A stretch of 64,000 bases of DNA from Phallusia mammillata (GCA_965637545.1 OZ281497.1:23188001-23252000), one strand, 5' to 3'; counted from the first letter of the stretch, positions 38,063-51,400 are shown. The notes: generated by a model from the letters alone, not told the origin. Program-made: numbers and translations.

Positions 38063-39289
38063 GTTTAGAGAAACAGTACATGTTCATTATATCAATACAC
38101 AAGATTGCACTTGGTTGCAAATACTGTCCACATGGTGTGTTAAGAAACCAAAACTTGAAATTGCCATCACTAAGGTATTTCAAAATTCCTGTTGCTTGTG
38201 CAATTGTTTGTTCTGCATTTAATATTGCCTGAATTTCAGTAAGGCATTTAACTTCACAGTCACAAAGCTATTTTTTCTTTGTTATATCATTCAAAACTAA
38301 AACTGAGTAGTTCTTGTGGTTGCTTATTCCTGCATGACATATTTGAAATAGCAGATGTTTTATCCCAGTTCTCGTAACTTTCTATTCAGGTTTTTATTAT
38401 AAAGGTTAATCGTGACTTTTCAAAGTGTTAGATGACCTTTTTTCTTTTTCAAAGTGGTATATACACTTTTTAATTCAATGATAACTGCAAAAACTGAAGC
38501 CCACTTACAGTCATCTTAAAAATTCACGACTAACCTTTAAACAAATAAATGAAAAGATGGCAAAATAATTATTTAACTGTACTCACAGTCGAACCTAAGA
38601 ATATAGCAAACCGGTTTGGTTTTGGAGCACAGTAGACCCGGAAGCCGGAACAGACAACACAACTATTACAGGCCGGTTTACACGCTGCGTGATTGGTGGA
38701 GCTGCGCGAGCCGCAGCACCCTGTCGCCTATTTCGCCCGGCATATAGCTTTTCCACGTGCGCATGCGCACAAGTGCAAAACGTCATGAAACGTCACGATT
38801 CGTCATGAAACTGGAGGGTAGAGCTACTCAGGGCTGCCAGATAAAAAACGCAGAATAGTGCCAAAAACTCTTAAAAAAGCGCCAAACACAACAAAAAAGT
38901 GCCAAACCAAAAATGTTTGATGCCAAAAATACCGCCAAACGAATTTTACAGAAATAGCAGGATAACGAGTATTATCATCTATAAATATTGCTTAATAGGT
39001 ATTATAAACTGATCCATACTTAAAATCTGGTCAGTAGAGAATTTATAATTATAATATCTACGCATAACCGTTTACCAGTGTACACCGTGCGGTTACAAAA
39101 ATAACAACTTTATTCTCCAGCACGGCCAGAACCAGAAAGATCTAAGAGCACCACCTGACGGTGTACATTTTTAATCAGTTTTACCAACAATTCTTTAAAA
39201 ATCACTCCCAAAACATCGTTTTTGCCTTAAACGCTGCATGCGCACAAAATGCCGCCTTAAGGATTTTGTTTACTCACAATTAAGCATTT

Positions 39290-39768
39290 TACTTCCGGCC
39301 CGCGAGGTCATTTTATCCGGCCCGCGACCACATTTTTTGGTTTGCCAAATCATATTGATAATTTTGTAGCATTTAAAAATTAATCTACTCCTTACGAAAC
39401 TTTTCCTGTCGCGATATGTAGAATTCATGTTACGTAGTGACATAGGATTACAACGCCCAGGGTTGAAACAAAACCAGTTTGTTACGTCACAAACAAGTGT
39501 TAATTGTGCGCAAACAATCGCCTTTTTTGGTTACTTTTGACGGAATATACAAGCATTGTCCTAAATATAAGTCTAACTATACAGTTTAAAAGTCGCATCA
39601 CTGGACTTTAAATGGGTTGGTAGAAAGACCATATCTTGGCGCCCCTATAAAAATCGCCTCGCGGGCTAAGTTTGGAAAGGCAGCGTTGGGGTATGAAAAC
39701 TGTGCGGCCCGCGCGAATCATTATTAAACTTATCCGGCCCGCAGTAAAAAAAAGTTTGGTGACCCCTG
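39290..39768. mobile_element. Partial hAT-Charlie-type MITE inserted into the transposase remnant
   Basis: TIR GTTTGGTGACCCCTG followed by target CCCTAGGT; CGGCCCGC repeats; the opposite TIR is missing, so the start coordinate is approximate. Confidence 0.7.
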
Positions 39769-40044
39769 CCCTAGGTAATCGACTGAACGCATGGCACAAT
39801 GACAAGTCATGCTTACGGCTAGTTGCAATTCGGCTGCTTTAACCTTGTCGTTAATATTTGAATTAGGATTCTTTGTCAGGTTAAGTGTAGCCTGTCCTTT
39901 AAATGGTAATTTTTCCCGGTGGTTTTCTGTCTGTTCGTGCTTTTTGAACTTACTTAACCGTGGCCCAATAGTACGATGGCAAACCTTGCAATATCCGTTT
40001 TCCGAACCGTCAACAGCCTTCTTCAACCACTTAAAAGTGTCCAC
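39769..40044 (-). pseudogene. N-terminal hAT transposase fragment with C2H2-type zinc finger
   Basis: WLKKAVDGSENGYCKVCHRTIGPRLSKFKKHEQTENH followed by VKAAELQLAVSMTCHCAMRSVD; the frame is cut by a Charlie-type TIR ending at 39768. Confidence 0.7.
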
Positions 40045-41484
40045 CTACTTTCTGTTATACTTTCGCTCGCTGTCGTATGATGGTTTCCACTTTTTGCATG
40101 ACATTGTTGAACTTTTTAAACTAAATAAACTCGATGCTACTTGCCGGCGCTGACACGTTTTCTGGAACACAAACTTTATGATGTCCAACAAACTCCTTTA
40201 GCCCACAGTTAATATTTTTTTCTTAATTGTTGCATTGATTTGTCAAAAAGGGCTTGTGTGACGTATACGGGAATTCAATGAAACAGAACCTACCCATTGT
40301 AATGGCGCAGCTAGCGGATTGAAGCAGTAATTTGTTGTTTTAGAAGCGCAAACCTTTGCAAAAAAGCAAAAACGCCAAATAAAACAATTAGGTGCCAACC
40401 ATTTCCATAAACCGCCAAATTTTACAAAAATATCCGCCAAACCGCCAGTTGCTATTTTTGGTGCCAACTACATTAAAAAAACGCCAATTTTGAGGTATTT
40501 GGCGGCAAAACCGCCAAATTGGCAACCCTGGAGCTACTAACACGATACGTTTCTCCTGATCCAAAAGTGCTTAATTTTCGATAGGTGGCGTAAAGAGCTG
40601 AATTATTTATTTAGCGGCTATAAATGGGCTGGGTTGGGAAATATTTACATAAAATTTGTACATTAGTAACTAATTTTTGGGGTTAGTTTTATTGAATTTT
40701 AAGTGCTAATACCTTACCCCAACCCTAATAGCCCTAAGCACTTTTGGATCAAGAGAAACGTATCGTGTTAGTACTTTAGTAGCTCTACCAAACTGGAGCT
40801 GCAGTTCCACCATAGATAACATATTAATGCCATAATTTTTTTTTAAATGAAAAAAATGCCGATCAAGGCGGAAATTATACTTATAAAAATTATACTTAAC
40901 AATAAAAAAATAAGTATCATGAAAGTTATCTTTAATGTTGTGGTAGGAATATTAAGTAAAATATCTAGGGGTGCTGCAGCTCCGCAGCACCCTAGCACGA
41001 GCCGCCCCTGGTTATATGTCTTAGTTAACAGTATATGTGTAATATGAGTTAATAACGTTGCTTGTTTGAACTTTTATTTGACCGAAGCAAAGTATAAATG
41101 AGTCTGATTGGTTTCTAGACTATTTTTAAAAACATGAAAATGTTGGGCTTTATTAACAGCATAGGTTTGTATTAAGGCACAAGTTTTAATTTTTTTTTAA
41201 TTGTTATTCTACAAAAACAAAACTTGCAAACGTCCTCAAAATCTAATGGATGTTTAATATCAACCTCTGCAACAATCATGCCGAATTTGGCCTGGAACGG
41301 TTAAATGGTTATTCAGTTATACGCAATAGGTTTTTAATGTGCCTTGTTAGCTGCAGGTACCTTATATGTAGCCTATGCGTATTTCAGTAATTAAGTTGGC
41401 CCAGGTTTTACATTTTTCGACAAAAGATGGCACATTTGTTATTTTAAAATGGATTAACCTGATCCAACGATGCCTAGAATCCTA

Positions 41485-41717
41485 TGGGGCGCCGTTGTCG
41501 AATAAATTAAGTTGCCGCAAGATAGCTAAGTTGCAGCAAGATAGCTAACCTGCAACGAAACATAGCTAACTTGCAGCAAGTTAGCTAACTTGCAACGCTA
41601 AGTTGCCGCAAGTTAGCTATCTTGCAAGTTTTTTGTTTGTTTTTAAAACGGCCTTAAGGCGCCGTTGTCGAAAAAATTAAGTTGCGGCAACTTAATTTTT
41701 TCGACAACGGCGCCCCA
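41485..41717. mobile_element. MITE with GC-rich TIRs and a 10-bp direct flanking repeat (Mutator-like)
   Basis: Termini TGGGGCGCCGTTGTCGAA; flanks TAGAATCCTA (41475-41484 and 41718-41727); internal tandem AGCTAACTTGCAGCAAG-type units. Confidence 0.78.
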
Positions 41718-44252
41718 TAGAATCCTACCGGCAGCGCGTCACTGAAACAAGTGAAAAGGTCATTTCACGCTTGGTTGCCGACTGGCGCATATGCCGTTCC
41801 AGATGAGCAGTTACTGGTTATTGCAAAAGTCTGAACCGTGTTGCATGAAAAACAATGATATATTTTTTGTATTTTTTTGTATGCGATGCATCATAATTGA
41901 TCAGTGTTCATAATACTACAAAGGTTTTGGCCGACTGTTAATTTTTTTTCATGTACTGTTACTGGTATATTGAAGTTGAATAGATAACAACATTTTTGGT
42001 CATTCGGCCTATATAGTTGGTTTTGCAAATCCTTAAAAGTATATTCACTATGTTGTAACATCCACATTAATTGACAAGTTGTCATTTTGCGAACTTAATT
42101 GTTTAATTTAATAGAAGTTATTGTATAGTGGATGATTTTTTTAACCCCAATAAGCATTATTATTAAAAGCTAAACAAGTAATTTATTGTTTACTTATCTC
42201 AGTATTTGTTGTGTTATTATTATTGACCTAACTCCGATTAGTATGATGTGCTATAAAAGTTGTTAATTTTTTACTGGGTTAGGCAGATATAAAATCATTA
42301 CTGGGTTAGGCCATACAAGGGCCACAAGATTGGTCAGGGTTAAGTTTTATGGAAATCATAATATATTAATGTTCATGAACACTATACGTGTGGTAGGCGA
42401 CATGCTTGTTTAGTATTTACCTTACTTGTTGCACTATATTAAAAACATATTTAATGTAATTCAAAGTGCAAGTTACATGTTGTCCAAACATGCAAGTTTT
42501 TGTTGTATATTGACAGCTGCTATAAAAAGTTTTACTTTCTGTTCAATTATTTGATTTATTCTCTTTGTCTGGAATTTTATTTTAATGTTTGATTTCTTCA
42601 GTTTTTCAAAAAGCAGTTTGTAAATAATGATATCTTTGTAGTGTTTTGCCAGGAAAAAGTTTTTTGAGACTTTATTGTTTGGTTTACAAATCATTTACCT
42701 TTAGGTTTCCTTTTGTATTTTTTTAATGAGCAAGAATTTTTTTGTGGCTGTATGTGGTTTGGTAAAGATAGTATAGTATAGTGTATGGCTGTATGCATGA
42801 CCGATGTATAACCAATAAGATTTTGGTGGACCTACTTAACTATTACAGCTAATGGAAGATTTGCAGTGCTGGATATTTAGTTGTTGCCATAATTTGTTGT
42901 TTCCTCATTTTTCGGTGTAATTAAAACTAAATAATTGAAGAATATCAAACAGCCATAAAAAGATTCCTAGCTATAATCCCAACATAATGTGATGTTTTTG
43001 AAAAGTCCACTTCTTAGTCACGCTTCAATGCACATCAGTTTAACACGAATTCACCATTACAAAATCGTCTGCTAAAGCGTGATTATTTTATTGCAACTGT
43101 ACAAAAAAATCATATTAAGCTAACAACTTCATTACAACGCGTGTAGTCCGCAAATCGCACTATACACAACGTGATTAGTTTTATAACAGGGGGATCCCCT
43201 TTTACTTACGGTGCTGGCAACCGCTCCAAATCAACTTTAATGGAATAGTGAAAATTATTAATATAGGCGTTTAATATGCCAATTCTGATTTGGAATACGG
43301 GGTTAAATTTTGCCCATACATTAAAGGAAACAATATCTGATGTTAGTTCATGACAACTGTTTAAATGATTTTTCAGTTGTTGGGTTGTGGGGATTTATTT
43401 CGCACCGCAAAAATATTCACCGCTCCAGAAGTGGCTGCAAACGAAACAAACTAAAAAAGTAAAAGAACAAATAGTTCGATAGATAGAACCCGCGCTCCAG
43501 TTGCACAGTGTTGCAGTTACTACAAAGCATTGTCAGTAACAGCAAGTTAGTTATCGATTTATTGTTTTTAGATATTGCACTACAGCAAATGTGGTGATTG
43601 TTTTTTTCTATGCCACAACACTGCTACTTTTTGTCCCAACTTTTTCACATAACCTTTACGTAAAAACAAGTTTACTAGCTAGTTGCGCTTTAAACGGAAA
43701 CAGGCAATTAATTGAAACAATTGCATGCGATGGGTTCAGTCTTTGGTTGTTACTCGATTAAAGTCAGCGACTGTAAACTTCAGCATGCAGTTTTGAAACC
43801 TAAACCAGTGCCTGGATAGTGTTCGCTACATAGGCTTCGGCAACGGGGTAATGTTTACACTAAAACAAGAAGGCACAGAGGCATAGTTGCGCGCGGTTGC
43901 TGAACCAACAAGTTGCTTAGGGCAATGTTGCATCAGACAAGCCTAGTTGCCTTATTTGACAGCAGGAGAAATGTTGTTTAATTCAGAGCTTTATGTTTAA
44001 CAGTTTTTCTGTTTTGTCCCTTTAAGATAGGTTGGTGAATTTTGTCGTGTTGCTGAAAAACTTTTTGATTGTACAAGGTGATTTTCGTGTTCGGTACAGT
44101 CATTTACCTTTTGTTTGCATTACAGTTTAACAGGAAAATCTTTGTGTGCATTGCCTTGCGCTCACTCGCTTGATAATGTATTTGGCGACATAGTAAAATA
44201 AAATCTGACCAAAACTGTTGCATCTGTAGTCGGACAATATATCAGGGCAAAG

Positions 44253-45765
44253 ATGGGGGATTCCCCTAAAAGTGGAAGCAGTGAGGTAATTTCCGCTAAA
44301 GGAGAACCGACCGAGGACAAAAAAGAGGAAAACAAACGACTTATACCTCCTTTCGTGGGCTTCGGAATTCTGTGTTGTATTTTTTCGTCTGTTATGGTAG
44401 CTTTGAACTCTCTCGTAGTTAAAATGATAAGTTCCATCGACGCAATTCAGATTACAGCGTCGCGATGTTATGTGCAGTTGCTAATTCTGCTGCCATTTGC
44501 GACATACAGGACTTGCACAACGGGTCAAAGCTTTGTTGGGCCAAAGGGCTCCTTCTGGTTTTTGGTGCTGAGAGGTTTAGCAGGTTCTACTGGCGCGATG
44601 TGTGAACACCAAGCGATCGTTCGTCTTCCTGTAGGAGACGCAGTGACAATTTCCTTTACCAACACAATATTTACGATGTTATTCGCCTGTCTGTGCTTGG
44701 GCGAGTCGTTGACTATTCTCGACGGATTTCTATGCGTTTTAACCCTTACCGGCGTTTTCCTGATGGCAAAGCCGCCGTTTCTAATGGGAACCGCGGAATT
44801 CGATACCGAAGTCTTGATAGGAATACTCTTTGGGATCACCAGGGCAGTGCTCCTAGCAATCACATATATCATTGTTAGAAAACTTGCCCGTACGCCGCCC
44901 ATGTTGAACATCATATATTATTCCATAATTGGTTCGATCACGACAACCATTCTGACTGCAGCAACGGGATCATTTCGCTTCCCTTGCTGGTCGGACTTGC
45001 CTTTTGTGTTTGTAATGGGTTTGATTGGAGTTCTTGGACAACTCGGAATGACAATAGGACTTAAATACGAACGAGCGGGAACCTTTTCGGTGGTCAGAGC
45101 ATTTCAGATCGTTCTAATCTTTATACTGCAGGTAAGTAAACATACACCCAGAAGCTTAATGTTAAACGTAATACGACTTCTGTACTATAACTAGCCTACT
45201 GAATGTAGCATAATGAGCAAGGTCGTTAAACTCATTACTTTTGCTTACCTGTCGGCAGAGTTTGAAGAAATTTAATAACCAGTTTTTTAACACACTAGTC
45301 TAACACGCCTACTAAAATTTGATGACTTTTATGGTACCATGGTGATGGTACTACCATTTCATGTCAAAAAAGATTTATAACAAAACTGTTTTCTCTTTTA
45401 AGAATACTGTTAAATCAAAGAAAAATAAGAATCTAGGTTTTATGGAAGATTACATGTCATGTATTGTAAGGTGGGATAAAATATGTTCTTTCAGGTATAA
45501 CAAAAACATTTTTAAAAACAAAATTTTTCAGTAGATTATATGAGCTTATGTTGTACTTTTTCTGTATTTAATAAACGTAAAAATGTGTCAAATTCATCTA
45601 TTAGTACAGTTTGTTCAATCCATCTTCTTCTTTCAGGTGATTGTTCTTCATGATATTCCAACAACACTCAGTCTTATTGGTGCAAGTCTCATTTTTGCCA
45701 CAGTGCTCATAATTGCAGTGCGAAAACTGTACAACCAGAAAAGGAAAAACAACAAATCAGATTGA
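44253..45765 (+). CDS. SLC35G-like EamA/DMT-superfamily transporter, about 335 aa
   Basis: Exons 44253-45131 (phase 0) and 45637-45765; about 10 hydrophobic segments with FLVLRGLAG, RLPVGDAVTISFTNTIFT and GQLGMTIGLKYERAG. Confidence 0.85.
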
Positions 45766-45819
45766 TACGTTGTGCTTATCACCGCCTGGTGGCGTAACAG
45801 TGCTGGTAGGGTTTGGTTC

Positions 45820-46256
45820 AGAGTTGTAAGTCGGGCCAGGTTCGGGCTTAGGTTTCTGTGAAAAAAAACGGGTTTGACTCGGACCTGATTTTACACTTTG
45901 TGCCAGTTGCTGGACCTGACCTAAAGTCCCACAGCCTTAAAACGCTATGTTCAAGACCAATTGTCTATTGTGTTTGTTGTCCAGATCTTTCCTGTGAATT
46001 AAATTCTTCGGGCCTAAGCGGGCTTCTGAAAAAACGATTTGGGTTGGGGCTCCAATTTCAGGCCGGTTTGGTAAATTCGAATGAAGTAACGTCTGGATGA
46101 AAACTTTTTGACTTTCGGGTTGTAAGTCGGGCCCAGGTTTTCGGGTTGGGTTTGTGCTGAGGTTGCTTGACTTGATTCGGGTCTGACTTTAAACTTTACA
46201 TTTGTGACATATGTTCGCTAGGTTTAGGCTTCAATTTTGGGCCCACTCACAACTCT
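45820..46256. mobile_element. Most complete copy of the AGAGTTGTAA-terminus MITE family
   Basis: Termini AGAGTTGTAAGT and ACTCACAACTCT; internal GGTTCGGGC repeats; TSD not resolved. Confidence 0.65.
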
Positions 46257-46618
46257 CTGCCGTTAAACTTATAGGTTTGATTCTAACTTTCCTGTTGCAT
46301 TTTTGTTATACTTTGCGTGACTACAGTTTTGTCTTATGAAATCCATTTAGCGATTAGTTTTTTCATGTTTAGTTAAATGTCTACGCAATCGTAATCCCTT
46401 AATCATCCGAATCTTCCCGCTTAGTATAGAATGTGCAATCGAACATGAATGGTGCTTAAAAGAGTCTGTGCGATGTTTTAGGTCCATCTCATGTCAATTT
46501 TCGTTCAAATGCGTTTATTTTCATGTCGTCGTCACTATAAAGTGATATTAGGTGTTAATTCACGAGTGTTAACCGTACTTTCAAAAGCATGTTCATGTAA
46601 ACTCGGCAGGGTCTATTG

Positions 46619-46867
46619 CAGTGGTTCCCAACCTTTATGTACGAATTCCTCACAACAATTCAAAACATTCTCATTCCTCCCCAATAGACTACATAGCAGA
46701 TGCTAAACTATACAAAGATCATTTCAAAAATTGGGTCTTTCAACTTTACAGGTTTTATTTCCAGTGCTAAAGTGTCTGTTTACAAACCACACGTATTTAA
46801 AAAAATCATCCCCCAAAGTTGTAAATTCTTCCTTTGGGAGAAATTCCTTCCCGATTGGGAACCACTG
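46619..46867. mobile_element. hAT-Charlie-type MITE
   Basis: TIRs CAGTGGTTCCCAA and TTGGGAACCACTG; flanks GTCTATTG/TTCTATTA (6/8). Confidence 0.75.
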
Positions 46868-47426
46868 TTCTATTAAATTAGTATTAATCTGAGTGTAGTA
46901 TTTATATGTTTTAAATTGATTTATGCTAATCGTTTTGTGTGTCAAGTTCCAACTAATTTGTTTGGATACAAAACAAATCTATGCGAAGTTTATTTTTTTC
47001 TAATAATGTTAATAAATTTTAGTGAAATGTAGCCTTGTATTGTGTTGTACAGTAACTACCGGAACCGATATTTCGGTTTAGCGAGTTTTAAAATGCCCTT
47101 CAACTTGTTAATTCAACCTATATTGCAAAATTACTGAAATAGCTTTTTTAGTTTTATTTAAACTTACGTAAAACCATAGCAGTAAAAACAGAAACATTTT
47201 GGAGCTGCACAAATTCAATACTGCGTGACGTGGTGTACACACTACAAAGCAGCAACTTGAAATCTTTGGATCATAATTGAGGTCAGGCGGTGGAATTATT
47301 GGCGCATAGTCTACTGACCGGGTGGCATATTTCCTGTCAAACGTTTACAACATAACCACATGATTTTCAACGTGATTTCAAGCAACATTATAAAACAGTA
47401 ATCTGGTCTATTTAAAGTGTCTAGTC

Positions 47427-47964
47427 CAGTGGTTCTTAACCGGTGGGAAATTTCCCACTAGTGGGAAATTTAATGTTTTTAGAGGGAAATTATGTGAGTC
47501 AGAAGTCATCAAACTCGGGCCCGTGGGTTGAAATCAACCATTGAAAGTTAATTTAATACAATATTTTACGCAACAACATGTAAGATTAACTTCACCTAGT
47601 TTTACAAGGCGCATAAAAATCTAAAAATCGTTTGTTACGTCACAGACATTACTAAAAGCATCAATGACTTTGTTATTGTTCGCGAATAAATGCATTTGGT
47701 CTGTTGATTGTGATGCGATAAATGACTATTCCAAGCACCTGAGATTTTTCAAAATCCCACACAATTTTACTTACCCACGAAATCACTAAATAAGATTTCA
47801 GTGTGCCTTTGAGGTTTCGACCAAATCGCTTCACAAAATTATTTTGATTAAAGAATCATTTTTTGTTGGACACAAAACATCATTATAAAAATAACAGAGT
47901 GGGAAATTCGGACTTGGTGATTTACTTTAGTGGGAAACCACACCAAAAAGGTTAAGAACCACTG
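47427..47964. mobile_element. hAT-Charlie-type MITE
   Basis: TIR CAGTGGTTCTTAACC on both ends; TSD GTCTAGTC/GTCTAGGC (7/8); GTGGGAAA subterminal repeats. Confidence 0.85.
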
Positions 47965-48471
47965 GTCTAGGCCTTTTCACTCGATAACGTCTACTCGTGC
48001 AGTTACATAATAACAAAAGTTGCGGTCCCAGTATGTGACAAGAAATTATTCTATTCAGAATACTTTTGTTTGAACATGTTACTTAAAATCACGTCTGACT
48101 TTCGTTGCCATGACAGAAACAAACAATAGCAACGTCATAATACAACGATATGCATCATTAAGTTTACGAGCACTGGCATTGCGGTTTCGAGTTTTGAGGC
48201 AGAAAAATTAAGTTTTAAAGCATTTTACAAATACACGAAAAAACATAAAACACACGAACAAGATGGAACTACTGAAAATCCTACGCATACTCTAATGCAC
48301 AGACGCGTCACCAAATAACCTTAGTGGTTGCAGCTGTGATAAAAGTAAAAAAGGTGGCTTTAAAAGTAATAGAAAAATAAAAAGAGAACATTTTTAGCAC
48401 AATGAGGCTTTGGCAACTTGGTTGGGGAAGACTTGCAAAGCGGTCAGAGTGCTCTAGATGGTGCTGTGACG

Positions 48472-51400
48472 TCATAATGCGACTTGCATAAGGAACCACA
48501 TGGCACCTGCACTGATCAGTCCGGAAACTGGCACAGTCACGAACCAGGCCACGCCTATGTTCCGGGCCAATGACCAATCAACGGCCTCACGTGACCTCCA
48601 CCAACCAATCGAAACAACGGCTCCAACCTGACGAAAAAACACATAAAAATGTTTAATGTATGCTCTTCCTTAGTTGCAAAATACTAACACAGGTTATGTC
48701 CAACGTCTTTCAACACCTTAATACTCGTGGGAAATAAAGATCTATGTATAGGCTCTATTCCCAATATCTGGTCTTATTGCTTTTAAACGTATATTGGGGA
48801 TTAACACTCTTTGGAAACCACATTATGTGAAAGAGAGGAAAGTGTTTGAACCGAACAGTATATTGGATATTCTATACTGGACATGAAATAGAATAGACCT
48901 TCCACAACGTATGAAAAAGATGTTACTGTACCTTGCAATGCGTAGTAGATACAGGCAATCCCACATTTGAAGCTATCAGCACTGTAATGGCGGTCATGAG
49001 TTCAATACAAAATCCCCTGTAAGAATATGGAGGGTTATGAAAAAGTACAAATTTTTAGTGGTAAAAATTGTATAATAAAAAAACACTGGTATAGCTTTGT
49101 TTTCTTTCGCAGCTAACTCACATGCAAGCCGTTATCGTGAGGTTTGTTACAACTTCATGAAACTTGGTTCATTTCCAAGAAACAAAACACCGAAATATGC
49201 ATAAAAACCACAAATAGCGTGAGAACGCTGTCCGCAGGTTGGCGCTGGCGGTCGCCGTATCTTACCGTGAGGGCGTTACTTTAGTAAGGTTTGATCCAAT
49301 GGTTTCAATGACACGCCTTCCAAGTAACCAGAGGCCAACGCAAATCCCCAGGCCGCCGTACACCAACAAGTACCAGGGTGTAAACGCTTTCTGTACGACC
49401 TCTCCAGACCAGAATACGATCCACAGGGCAATGAGAGGACCAATTGCGTTGCTGAAATAATACAAGGGAGTATTTCATGAACTACAGTGCACCGGAGATT
49501 AAAGTGACATCTGGTGGGTAATATAAAGATGCGTTTACCATATTTTTTATAAAGAATTTTTCTTTGATCCTTTATTGTTTGCTTTTATGCCAGTTAAAAG
49601 CACAAAAAAATATTTTAAACAATTTTCATTTCCAACAAAACAACCTATTTTACACCCCGGCAACATTTCTTTAGTTTCTCAAAATGCTGCTTTAACCTCA
49701 CAAATATTTCGCACTCCCTAAGTGGTCCTCAAAGCTACGTTCAGCTTCGGTTTAAAAACTTGAATCACAATTAGCTTGTTCATAATTCGGAGGATTTTTT
49801 GTTCACAGTTCGGTGGATTTTTTTAACCTTTATTGCACTTGTTTCCCTAAAGTTTTCGTTAAATTTCTTGTGCAATATCTACTATGACTGACAAATGGAA
49901 CTTCGTAATTGACATGAATTTCGGAATAGAAATTAAACTTTTCACCTAACCAGTGGTGTTTTGTGTTATTCAATAAATGTTTTAAATCCTTTTGAAACTT
50001 TACGATTTCCCATATAGTCATACAACAGTCGCTGCTTTAAATTTTTCTGGTAACCCCTGCGTGGGTACTTTTACTCCTGATTAAGAATCCTTTGGCAAAC
50101 GAATCATGCGATTCTTACCTCACATCATTTCCACCGTGAGCGAAACTTGCAAAACAAGCAGTCAGGACTTGTAGAGAGGAAAATAGCTCCTGAACCTCTG
50201 GAGCCTCCAACTCTTCTTCTTCTTCTTCGTCATCGTCATCTCCTTTTTCTTTTTTCTCTTCTTCATCTTTTTTCGCTTTTTTATCTTTTTTCCCTTTTTT
50301 GTTCTAAAACGGGGAAAAGACTTACTGCAAATTATTTGTATTGTTTTATGCAGAAGAATCCAGTTTCGCCTAGCGTCCTAGGCGTAGTTGTGTATTACAA
50401 AAGTCGGTTAATCGAATAATACTTGTCGTAGCGTAAGATTGTGTTGAAAAAGTCGGTTAATCGGGTAATGTGCTTGATGGCACAAAAAAGCGCAGTAAAT
50501 TGCATATTCGATAAACCGGATTTGTAAGTATCGGCCAAATTTTGTGTACAAGAAAGATTGAAATTACCTTTTTGTTTAATTCCACCTCACTAACATCGTG
50601 TTTAATCAATTCTGTTCGACTGTTGTCGTGTTTCCAGGGATCCTAAACATGAATTTAGTTATAAGTTACGTGTATGTTGTGTACCAACATGTTCGGAATA
50701 TAATGGTTCACAACATCGACTACGCCTTAAACTTAGCAAAGTATTATGTGAATAAATATCAGCATATACGAGATAAAAGATAAATCAGGTTCTAGTCGAC
50801 CAATGTTTTTAGCCCGACAAAAAATGATCCCAGTAAACGTACATGTACATTTCATACATATAACAGGATCTGATGTGTTTTAAAAAGGTAATAAAATTAG
50901 TAAAGAGTTGTGAAAACTTACCTCGTCAACGGGAGTGGATAAATCGGTTGATTTCATGGAACCTGCACAGAAAGATTTATTTTTACTTAAATAGTAATCT
51001 AAGACCCAAGTTTAACTTCAAAAGTTTGTACGTGTCGAAAATCATAGGATAGTAAAATGTTGCCAAAACCTCCACACCAAATACTTTAGTTTCAATACAT
51101 CATCATAATAGTATTTTAAATATTCTTTGAGTTATAATTTTAGTTTAAACATTTACTAATGCAAACATTGTTGTAAGTAGTGTTTCGGAATGTTAAAGTT
51201 GTTTGTATTTCTTATCGAGTATATGACGACAAAGATACGTCATTGGAGTTTCAAATCCGAATAAGGTACAAGTACATTGGGTGTAACACCCCAGGTGGCA
51301 CAGCATGTACAAGCTGGTGTGCGTACTTGCATTTCTTACACCATATGTCACATAAAAACCTTTTTGCGTGTTGCCATATCAGGGGTGTGGGACTGTTTAC

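Larger units (their letters stand above)
38829..40530. mobile_element. Internally deleted hAT element (CAGGGTTGCCA-type TIR) with transposase remnant
   Basis: TIRs CAGGGCTGCCA and TGGCAACCCTG; perfect 8-bp TSD GAGCTACT; CGCCAAA subterminal repeats at both ends. Confidence 0.87.
38817..40789. mobile_element. Mutator-like MITE (GGTAGAGCTACT family), split by a hAT insertion in its left TIR
   Basis: Termini GGTAGAGCTACT and AGTAGCTCTACC; perfect 9-bp TSD AAACTGGAG (38808-38816 and 40790-40798); remaining arms at about 40531-40573 and 40734-40789. Confidence 0.82.
36443..41010. mobile_element. 4.6-kb decayed hAT element hosting nested insertions
   Basis: TIRs CAGTGGCGGCTCGTGC and GCACGAGCCGCCCCTG; perfect TSD GTTATATG. 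A degenerate hAT dimerisation-domain peptide (ISMSLSKAKRFSSTLKRMHTFLRNT) reads on the - strand at about 37360-37450. Confidence 0.85.

Noticed and set aside
44525-44914. 129-aa minus-strand ORF
   Set aside because: Antisense shadow of the SLC35G-like exon.
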